NCBI GenBank assembly: GCA_035630755.1
Contig: DASQKC010000044.1
Span: 1-40,262, forward strand
Direction: 5' to 3'
From: Actinomycetota bacterium
Lineage (GTDB): Bacteria > Actinomycetota > UBA4738 > HRBIN12
DNA: 40,262 nucleotides
Numbering within the stretch: position 1 is the first letter of the stretch; each line of letters begins with the position of its first letter. The notes below the pieces were generated by a model, which saw only the letters and a list, made by a program, of their open reading frames with translations, ran no database searches and was not told where the DNA came from. A program made the translations under genes and the position numbers. Positions 17,026 to 23,614 of this stretch are shown here, piece by piece.

Positions 17026-17232
17026 ATGGATCACAAGTACGAGGTCCGCTTCGTCAGGGGCGAGCCGGAGACCCCGCCGACCAAGGACGAGCCGATCGCG
17101 ATCGCCCGCGAGGCCGCCCGCAAGCTGGGCGTCCCGAACGCCGAGAGCGAGCCGCTCTACCGGGTGGGCAGGAACTCCCACACCGGTGAGGTCTGGGCCT
17201 ACGTGGAGTGGACCTGGGAGGGGCTTCGGTAA
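17026..17232 (+). CDS. small conserved hypothetical protein (68 aa), paralogue of 5582-5788
   Basis: Translates as MDHKYEVRF...ARKLGVPNAESEPLYRVGRNSHTGEVWAYVEWTWEGLR. The ATG at 17026 is chosen by alignment with the paralogue. Confidence 0.55.
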   Translation: MDHKYEVRFVRGEPETPPTKDEPIAIAREAARKLGVPNAESEPLYRVGRNSHTGEVWAYVEWTWEGLR

Positions 17233-17245
17233 TCGTCGAACGAGA

Positions 17246-17635
17246 CTACGGGGTGTCGCCGCCTGGGATGTCGATGACCCGGCCTATGCGCAGCCGGCGT
17301 CCCCGCCATCCGTTGGCGGTAGCGGTGATGCTCGTCCTCTGCAGGCCCCTCAGCACGTCTTCCATGGAGACCGCCGCGTGGATCTGGACAACCTCGACCT
17401 CGTCGTCATCCTGGGGGGTGCCGTCGGGTCCCTGCGGCACCACGTAGGCCGTCGCGACGCCCATCCCCTCGAGGCTCGAGCCCCCGCCCACGTGGAAGGC
17501 CACCACGTGGTACTGCCCGTCCGGCAAGCCGAACAGGTCCTCGATGCTGTCCGGGTGGGGTCCGTCGAAGGCGCACGTCCCGATGTAGTCGTTGTACTGA
17601 GTCTCGGCGCGTTCCATGTGCCCCGGGGTGTCCAT
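17246..17635 (-). CDS. hypothetical protein (129 aa)
   Basis: ATG-initiated ORF convergent with 17026-17232, with acceptable codon usage. No family recognised. Confidence 0.45.
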   Translation of the reverse strand: MDTPGHMERAETQYNDYIGTCAFDGPHPDSIEDLFGLPDGQYHVVAFHVGGGSSLEGMGVATAYVVPQGPDGTPQDDDEVEVVQIHAAVSMEDVLRGLQRTSITATANGWRGRRLRIGRVIDIPGGDTP

Positions 17636-17731
17636 GATGCCTCCTTGCTAACGAGTGCTACGAACTCGCGCATACGAAACGATACGGGGACTTGGCGTCT
17701 CAAGGACGATTCTTGCGTGCTCGCGCACCCA

Positions 17732-17784
17732 GAGCAGGACCTCACCGGGAAGACGCGGAGTGGACCTGGGAGGGGCTCCGCTAA
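17732..17784 (+). pseudogene. chimeric remnant: tail-module 5' half fused to the 3' end of the 68-aa protein gene
   Basis: GAGCAGGACCTCACCGGGAAGACGCGG encodes EQDLTGKTR. It joins GAGTGGACCTGGGAGGGGCTCCGCTAA, which encodes EWTWEGLR-stop as at 17206-17232. The junction lies in a shared GGAG. Confidence 0.5.
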
Positions 17785-18233
17785 CTACCCTCCTCAACGG
17801 CCTCACCGGGGTGATGCATCGACAGCCGCCCCTCGCGCTCTGCATCGCGGTCAACGGTGAACCCGAGCCTCTCGTACAGAAGGCGAGCACGAGCGTTGTT
17901 GGTGAAGACGTGCAACCGGACCGGCCGACCCCGCCCGACCAGGTCCCGGATGAGAGCAGACCCGATGCCGCGACCCTGTGCTTCGGGCAGGATCTCGATT
18001 CGCCCCAGGTAGAGATGGTCGCCTTCGTCGCTCACGTCCAGGACGCCGATCGCCGTACCGTCGTCATCCTCGACGATCGAGAGCCGATCGGGCTCGAACC
18101 ATCCGGCATGGTGCCTGCGCTGGTGGTCGGCATCCCAGCCGCCGTACATGGACTCCACGTACTCGCGCATCGTCGCTTCATTCAGGTGGAAGCAGAACGC
18201 GTCGTCTCCAGCGGTCGCCGGGCGAAGCCTCAC
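17781..18233 (-). CDS. GNAT N-acetyltransferase
   Basis: 150 aa. LYLGRIEILPEAQGRGIGSALIRDLV...ARARLLYERLGFTV is the acetyl-CoA binding motif A/B pattern. Confidence 0.8.
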   Translation of the reverse strand: MRLRPATAGDDAFCFHLNEATMREYVESMYGGWDADHQRRHHAGWFEPDRLSIVEDDDGTAIGVLDVSDEGDHLYLGRIEILPEAQGRGIGSALIRDLVGRGRPVRLHVFTNNARARLLYERLGFTVDRDAEREGRLSMHHPGEAVEEGS

Positions 18234-18267
18234 CCTTCGGATCGTATCGGAGGCAGCATCCGTCGCT

Positions 18268-18339
18268 GACGCGGGAGTCCGACCTCCCGGCCAGACGCGG
18301 GAGCGGCTGATCTCTGGGCTGCACGCCGCGCCGGACTGA
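18268..18339 (+). repeat. tail-module copy B7 (tRNA-proximal)
   Basis: GACGCGGGAGTCCGACCTCCCGGCCAGACGCGGGAGCGGCTGATCTCTGGGCTGCACGCCGCGCCGGACTGA encodes ...TRERLISGLHAAPD-stop. It overlaps the 5' region of the minus-strand GNAT gene. Confidence 0.55.
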
Positions 18340-18393
18340 GGACTGGCACCGAAGCTGGTACCGATCCCGGACCCCCGCGGGGCCGGGTAAACC

Positions 18394-18411
18394 GAACCCG
18401 CAGGTAGATGG
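18394..18411 (+). repeat. 18-mer GAACCCGCAGGTAGATGG, copy next to tRNA-Val
   Basis: Identical to 37029-37046. Ends 2 nt from the 3' end of tRNA-Val. Confidence 0.8.
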
Positions 18412-18413
18412 GG

Positions 18414-18486
18414 TGGGCGGTGAGGGGCTCGAACCCCCGACCTTCTCCTTGTAAGGGAGACGCTCTACCAGCTGAGCTAACCGCCC
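18414..18486 (-). tRNA. tRNA-Val (anticodon TAC)
   Basis: The reverse complement folds as a 73-nt cloverleaf. Acceptor GGGCGGT/ACCGCCC, D arm GCTC-AGCTGGTA-GAGC, anticodon arm TCTCC-CTTACAA-GGAGA, variable AGGTC, T arm GGGGG-TTCGAGC-CCCTC, discriminator A. CCA is not encoded. Confidence 0.9.
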
Positions 18487-18749
18487 GTCGTGTGGCCGCA
18501 CGCGCGGCAGACCACCTGACCGAGTTGGACCGACAGGCGGGTCGCGCCGCAGGCGGCGCACCGGTCGAGCTCCGCCGCCCACCCCTCGATGGACTGGCAC
18601 GAGGGGCAGACGAGGACCTGCCGGCCACCGCGCACCGCCCGCGCCCACGGCACCGACCGCTTGTCGGGGTCGTAGGTGGGGCGCCCGCAGCGGACGCACC
18701 CAGGCCGGTCGCCCGGCTCGGAGGCACCGTCGAACGGCCTCACGGGCAC
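18477..18749 (-). CDS. small cysteine-rich double zinc-ribbon protein
   Basis: 90 aa with four CxxC pairs (CVRC, CPSC, CAAC, CRAC) and high third-position G+C. The last codons overlap the 5' end of tRNA-Val by 10 nt. Confidence 0.5.
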   Translation of the reverse strand: MPVRPFDGASEPGDRPGCVRCGRPTYDPDKRSVPWARAVRGGRQVLVCPSCQSIEGWAAELDRCAACGATRLSVQLGQVVCRACGHTTGG

Positions 18750-18912
18750 AGGATACGCGGGCGGCCGGGGCCGGTCCCTGGTAGCGTTCCGGCCGAGGGT
18801 TCCGATCGTCGTATCACGCTTCGAGCAGTTCCCTCACGGACCGGCGGTTGTCTGCCGGCGCCCGACGGGCAGGACGTAAGGCCCCGACGGCGAAGGAAGG
18901 AGGGAACGCGAT

Positions 18913-19116
18913 ATGGCAACAGGAACCGTGAAGTGGTTCAACCCCGAGAAGGGGTTCGGCTTCATCACCCCGGACGACGGCTCGGCCGACGTCTTCGTGC
19001 ACTTCAGCGCGATCGCGGGTGAGGGGTACCGCAACCTCGAGGAGAACCAGAAGGTCGAGTTCGACGTCACGCAGGGCCAGAAGGGCCCGCAGGCGGCGAA
19101 CGTCAAGGGCGTCTGA
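18913..19116 (+). CDS. cspA: cold-shock protein
   Basis: 67 aa. [34 protein letters not shown] carries the RNP1/RNP2 motifs. GGAAGGAGGG Shine-Dalgarno and a long (about 160 nt) upstream untranslated region. Confidence 0.95.
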   Translation: MATGTVKWFNPEKGFGFITPDDGSADVFVHFSAIAGEGYRNLEENQKVEFDVTQGQKGPQAANVKGV

Positions 19117-19133
19117 GTTCACTCACCGCTGTA

Positions 19134-19169
19134 CCGAGGGCGGCGCGCCGACAGGCGCGCCGCCCTCGG
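19134..19169 (+). terminator. cspA terminator hairpin
   Basis: CCGAGGGCGGCGCGCC-gaca-GGCGCGCCGCCCTCGG is a perfect 16-bp stem, 17 nt after the cspA stop. There is no T-tract, which is common in high-G+C genomes. Confidence 0.7.
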
Positions 19170-19230
19170 CCGTTCCCGGGGCCCAGGCGCAGGACCTAGA
19201 CTGCGCGGGTCGCCGCACGAGGGAGGACCG

Positions 19231-19653
19231 ATGACCACACCGGAGGGGAGCTTCCCCGCGCACGGCATCTTCGCCGGGCTCGCCACCGAGGACCTCGACG
19301 CCCTCGCGAGCGTCGGTGAGCCGGCATCCTTCGAAGCGTCCAGCGCCCTGTTCGAGACCGGCGACGCGGCCGACGCGATGTACGTCATCACCGACGGGGA
19401 AGCCAAGGTCACGGTCGGCGGTCGCTTCCACATCCTGAAGGCCGGCGACGTCGTCGGCGAGATGGCGGTGCTCGCACCGGGCAAGCGGATGGCGACGGTC
19501 ACCGCCGAGACGCCGGTGCGAACCCTCCGCGTCCCCGGCGACGCGTTCCAGCGGTTCCTGCTCGACCACCCCGCGGTCGCGCTCTCGATCATGAAGCAGC
19601 TCGTGATCCGGCTGCGCGAGGTGGAGCAGCGGATCGACGCCTGGATGGCCTGA
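19231..19653 (+). CDS. cyclic nucleotide-binding domain protein (no DNA-binding domain)
   Basis: 140 aa. LFETGDAADAMYVITDGEAKV...GDVVGEMAVLAPGKRMATVTA matches the cNMP-binding beta-roll with the GE...R.A phosphate-binding cassette. Confidence 0.8.
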   Translation: MTTPEGSFPAHGIFAGLATEDLDALASVGEPASFEASSALFETGDAADAMYVITDGEAKVTVGGRFHILKAGDVVGEMAVLAPGKRMATVTAETPVRTLRVPGDAFQRFLLDHPAVALSIMKQLVIRLREVEQRIDAWMA

Positions 19654-19664
19654 GCCCCGGCCGA

Positions 19665-21257
19665 CTACCGGCTGAAGACCACGGCGCCGCTCGCGATCGT
19701 CGCGAGCGTGTGGGTCGCGTGGATCTCGGTGGCCTCGCCCTCGGACGGATCACGGTCGAGCACGGCGAGATCGGCGCGCATGCCTTCGGCGACCGTTCCC
19801 GCGTCGTCGTCATGGTTGAGGTAGGCGGTGCCGGCGGTGAAGGCGCCGAGGGCCGTGGCCAGGTCCACCCGCTGGGTCTCGTCGAGCGCGCCGCGCTCGG
19901 GCTCGTCGATCACCTGACGTGTCACCGCGACCTCGATCTCCCGCCACGGGTCGGGCGTCGAGACCGGCCAGTCGCTCCCCATCGCGAGCCGCGCGCCGCT
20001 GCGTGCCAGGTCGGCGATCGGGTACAGCCACGACGCGCGGTCCCCCACCCGCGGGCGGGTCAGCCGCTCGATCATCGGGTCGGGCGCCGCCCAGTACGGC
20101 TGCACGTTCGCGATCACGTCGAGCTGTGCCAGGCGCGGCACGTCGGCGGGGTCGGGCAGCTGCAGGTGCGCGATGTGGTGCCGGTGGTCGTTCGCGCCGT
20201 TCGCCGCACGGGCCGCCGCGATCGCGTCGAGCGCGGTGCGGATCGCCCGGTCGCCGAGCGCGTGCTGGTGGATCTGGAACCCCGCGGCGTCCAGCCGCAC
20301 CGCGGCCTCGGTGTGGACCTCGCCGTCGATGAACTGGATGCCGGTCCCGTGGCGATCTCCGAACGAGCCCTCGTAGGGACGGAGCATCGAGCCGGTGCAC
20401 GACTCGGGGCACCCGTCGAGCATGAGCTTCACGGTGTTGGCGTCGACGCGGCCCCCGCTCCCCCACCCGCGGCGCTCGATGAGCCCCTCGAGCTGCTCAG
20501 GTCCGCGGTGGCGGTCCCACCAGAGGGACGTCACCACGCGGGCGGTCAGACCGCCCTCGTCGTCGAGCCGTCGGTACGCGCGGAGGAGATCCTCCTCGAC
20601 CCACGCGTCCTGCCACGCGGTGATGCCGAGCGCGTGGAGCTCGCGCTGGGCCACCTGGATCGAGGCCATCCAGTCCTCGACCGAGTCCGGCGGCACGTGA
20701 CGGGCCCAGAACGTGTACGCCGTGCCCTCCTGCAGGCAGCCCGTGGGCATGCCGTCGGGCTCGCGCACGTAGTAGCCGTCCCAGGGATCGGGCGTGGCCG
20801 CGTCGATCCCCGCCGCGCGCAGCGCCGCCGTGTTCACCCAGGCCGCGTGCGTGTCCGTGTTCATCAGGTAGACGGGTCGGTCGGGCACGACCGCGTCGAG
20901 CTCCTGCCGCGTCGGCCCGCCGTCACCGAACAGCGGCCCGTACCACCCGCCTCCCACGATCCAGCCGGCGTCCGGGTGATCGTCCGCGTACGCGCGGATG
21001 CGGCCGAGGTAGTCGCCTCGGTCGTGCACGTCGTCGAGGTTCACGTGACGCAGGATCCGGCCGGCGAAGGCGGCGTGGATGTGCGCGTCCTGGATGCCCG
21101 GCACGATCGCCGCGCCCCTGACGAGTTCGCCACCGGCACCGACACGTTCGCGGACGTCGTCCTCGGACCCGACAGCCACGATGCGGTCACCCCGCACCGC
21201 GACGGCGTCGGCGTCGGTGCCGAGCACCCGGCCGGTGACGATGAGGTCGGCGCCCAT
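19665..21257 (-). CDS. amidohydrolase-family metallohydrolase (YtcJ-like)
   Basis: Begins MGADLIVTGRVLG...IVPGIQDAHIHA (HxH). 531 aa from the ATG at 21257. The longer track ORF (to 21845) is an Arg/Pro-rich extension antisense to ureAB and was rejected. Confidence 0.85.
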   Translation of the reverse strand: MGADLIVTGRVLGTDADAVAVRGDRIVAVGSEDDVRERVGAGGELVRGAAIVPGIQDAHIHAAFAGRILRHVNLDDVHDRGDYLGRIRAYADDHPDAGWIVGGGWYGPLFGDGGPTRQELDAVVPDRPVYLMNTDTHAAWVNTAALRAAGIDAATPDPWDGYYVREPDGMPTGCLQEGTAYTFWARHVPPDSVEDWMASIQVAQRELHALGITAWQDAWVEEDLLRAYRRLDDEGGLTARVVTSLWWDRHRGPEQLEGLIERRGWGSGGRVDANTVKLMLDGCPESCTGSMLRPYEGSFGDRHGTGIQFIDGEVHTEAAVRLDAAGFQIHQHALGDRAIRTALDAIAAARAANGANDHRHHIAHLQLPDPADVPRLAQLDVIANVQPYWAAPDPMIERLTRPRVGDRASWLYPIADLARSGARLAMGSDWPVSTPDPWREIEVAVTRQVIDEPERGALDETQRVDLATALGAFTAGTAYLNHDDDAGTVAEGMRADLAVLDRDPSEGEATEIHATHTLATIASGAVVFSR

Positions 21258-21294
21258 GGGCGCGGAAGGTACCACCCGTCGATATGCTCCGCGC

Positions 21295-21885
21295 GTGCAG
21301 CTGAACCCCACCGAGGAGGACCGTCTCCGGGTCTTCGCGGCGGCGCAGCTCGCGCGCGCGACGCTGGCCCGCGGCCTCCCGGTCAACGCCCCCGAGGCGA
21401 TCGCGCTCGTGTGCGACGAGATGCACCTGGCGGCGCGCGGCGGTGCGTCGTGGGACGAGGTGGCGCGGGTCGGGCGGGCGGTCGGCGCCGAGACGCCGGT
21501 GCTCGACGGCGTGGCCGCGATCGCGCCGGAGATCCGGCTCGAGGTCCTGCTCGACGAGGGCACGCGGCTCGTGGTGATCCGCGCGCCTTTCGGTCCGGCC
21601 GAGGCGGACGGACCGGGCGCGATCCGCTTCGGCGAGGGCGACGTGCCGCTCGTCCCCGGCCGGGAACGGCGGTCGATCGTGGTGGTGAACGAGGGCGAGG
21701 TGCCCGTGCGGGTCTCGTCCCACTTCCCCTTCTGGCAGACGAACCCGGCGCTCGCGTTCGATCGCGACGCGGCCCGCGGGTTCCGGCTCGACCTGCCCGC
21801 CGGGGACTCGCTCCGCTGGGCGCCGGGCGAGCGACGTGAGGTCACGCTGGTGGCCTACGCGACGACGGGGGGCGCCGATGCCTGA
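21295..21885 (+). CDS. ureAB: urease gamma-beta fusion subunit
   Basis: From the GTG at 21295: QLNPTEEDRLRVFAAAQLARATLARGLPVNAPEAIALV is the UreA signature. GAIRFGEGDVPLVPGRERRSIVVVNEGEVPVRVSSHFPFWQTNPALAFDR is the UreB signature. Both lie in one 196-aa frame. Confidence 0.85.
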   Translation: MQLNPTEEDRLRVFAAAQLARATLARGLPVNAPEAIALVCDEMHLAARGGASWDEVARVGRAVGAETPVLDGVAAIAPEIRLEVLLDEGTRLVVIRAPFGPAEADGPGAIRFGEGDVPLVPGRERRSIVVVNEGEVPVRVSSHFPFWQTNPALAFDRDAARGFRLDLPAGDSLRWAPGERREVTLVAYATTGGADA

Positions 21886-23614
21886 CCGCATCTCCCGGGA
21901 GGACCACGCGCTACGGCACGGCCCCACCGCCGGCGACCGGATCCGCGTGGCCGACACCGACCTGTGGCTCCGCGTCGAGGAGGACCTGACCGAGCCCGGC
22001 GATCAGGCGCTGTGGGGCTACGCGAAGAACTGGCGCTCCCGGATGACGCAGGCCGACCGCGCGACCACGGCGTCGGAGCTCGACACGGTGATCGGCAGCG
22101 TCGTGGTGGTCGATCCCCTGCTCGGGGTCGTGAAGGCCGACCTCGGGATCAAGGACGGCCGCATCGCGGGCATCGGGCGCGCCGGCAACCCCGACATCAC
22201 GTCGGGCGTAGACCTCACCATCGGTCCGAACACCTGGCCGATCCCCTGCCACGGGCTCATCGCGACGCCGGCGGTGATCGACTCGCACGTCCACCTGCTG
22301 TCGCCGCGGCTCGTGCCCGTCGCCCTGGCGGCCGGCGTGACGACGTTGATCACGGCCGGGTTCGAAGAGCCGCCGTCGCGGATGCTCGCGACCCTGCGGG
22401 CGTTCGAGGGGCTGCCGGTGAACGTCGGGCTCCAGGCCAGCGCCCGGACGGACGTGCCCGGCGCCCTCGACCCCGTGATCGAGGCGGGGTCGGTGGGCCT
22501 CAAGATCCACGAGGACTGGGGCGCGTACCCCGAGATCATCGACGCTACGTTGGCCGCGGCCGACGCGCACGACATCGCGGTGTGCCTGCACTCGGACTCG
22601 CTGAACGAGTCGGCGTCGTTCGCGGGCACGGTCGACGCGATCGCGGGGCGGACCGTGCACGCCTACCACGTGGAAGGGTCGGGCGGCGGCCACATCCCTG
22701 ATGCGATCGGTCTGACGGCGTTCCCGCACGTCCTGTGTTCGTCGACGACGCCGACCGTGCCGTTCGGTCCGGCGACCGCGGCCGAGCAGCTCGACATGAA
22801 GCTCATCGTCCACGAGGGGAACCAGGGGCTGGCGGACGACGTCGCCGCGGCGCGAGAGCTGGTCCACCCCTCGACGATGGCGGCCGAGGGGCCGCTCCAC
22901 GACATGGGCGCGATCCAGATCATCAACTCGGACTCCCAAGGGATGGGCCGGATCGGCGAGACGCTGCGCCGGACGCTCCAGCTGGCCGACGCGATGAAGC
23001 GCTGGCGTGCGAGCGAGCCGGGATCCGGGTGGGGCGATCCGCCGCCCGTGGCGCGGCTGCGACCTCCGGTGCCGGCGAGCGACGGTGGAAACGACGACAA
23101 CGAGCGCGTCCTCTCCTACCTCGCGAAGTGCACCGTCGATCCCGCGATCGTGCACGGCATCGCGCACGAGGTGGGCTCGCTCGCCCCCGGCCGCGCTGCC
23201 GACATCGTGCTCTGGTGGGCGAGCCACCTCGGCGTGAAGCCGCTGATGGTCATCAAGGGTGGCGTCGTCGCCTGGTCGGCGATGGGCGAGGGCAACGCGA
23301 GCGTGCACGGCGCGGAACCCACCCGCTACGGCCCGGACTGGGGAGCGCTCGGCGCGGCGCCGGCGTCGCTGTCGACCTCCTACGTGTCGCAGGCGGCGCT
23401 CGACGCCGGGATCGGCGCCACGCTCGGCACGCGCCGTCGGCTCGCCGCCGTGCGGGGAACGCGCGGGCTGGCGCGTGGGGACCTGATCGCGGGCCGCGCG
23501 GCGCCGCCCGTCGCCGTCGCGCCGCGCGACGGGACCGTGACGATCGACGGCCGCGTGGTGGCCGCCGAGCCCACGGCGGTCGTGCCGCTGTCCCGCCGCT
23601 ACCTGTTGGCCTGA
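21878..23614 (+). CDS. ureC: urease alpha subunit
   Basis: The ATG at 21878 overlaps the ureAB stop (ATGCCTGA). Ni-site motifs are present: IDSHVHLL, GLKIHEDWG, CLHSDSLNE, HAYHVEGSGGGHIPD, NSDSQGMGR. Confidence 0.9.
   Translation: MPDRISREDHALRHGPTAGDRIRVADTDLWLRVEEDLTEPGDQALWGYAKNWRSRMTQADRATTASELDTVIGSVVVVDPLLGVVKADLGIKDGRIAGIGRAGNPDITSGVDLTIGPNTWPIPCHGLIATPAVIDSHVHLLSPRLVPVALAAGVTTLITAGFEEPPSRMLATLRAFEGLPVNVGLQASARTDVPGALDPVIEAGSVGLKIHEDWGAYPEIIDATLAAADAHDIAVCLHSDSLNESASFAGTVDAIAGRTVHAYHVEGSGGGHIPDAIGLTAFPHVLCSSTTPTVPFGPATAAEQLDMKLIVHEGNQGLADDVAAARELVHPSTMAAEGPLHDMGAIQIINSDSQGMGRIGETLRRTLQLADAMKRWRASEPGSGWGDPPPVARLRPPVPASDGGNDDNERVLSYLAKCTVDPAIVHGIAHEVGSLAPGRAADIVLWWASHLGVKPLMVIKGGVVAWSAMGEGNASVHGAEPTRYGPDWGALGAAPASLSTSYVSQAALDAGIGATLGTRRRLAAVRGTRGLARGDLIAGRAAPPVAVAPRDGTVTIDGRVVAAEPTAVVPLSRRYLLA

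Larger units (their letters stand above)
10414..18486. mobile_element. degenerate ~8-kb tRNA-Val-linked genomic island (no integrase visible)
   Basis: Bounded by the intact tRNA-Val (minus strand) and a same-orientation partial copy of its 3' end. The interior holds unrelated accessory genes, several pseudogenes and repeat modules. Confidence 0.55.

Noticed and set aside
11688-18339. The repeated module array as a CRISPR locus
   Set aside because: Repeat spacing is irregular (about 0.5-1.9 kb). The spacers are whole genes, the repeats are diverged and partly coding, and there are no cas genes.
21258-21845. N-terminal extension of the amidohydrolase ORF (track start 21845)
   Set aside because: The extension is Arg/Ser/Pro-rich and antisense to ureAB. 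Family homology begins at MGADLIVTG, so the start was set at the ATG at 21257.
21878-23614. UreC as a catalytically dead pseudo-urease
   Set aside because: The HxH, carbamylated-Lys (KIHEDWG), HSDSLNE, H..EG.GGGH and SDSQ motifs are all present. Only the Cys preceding the catalytic His is replaced (VHE for CHH).
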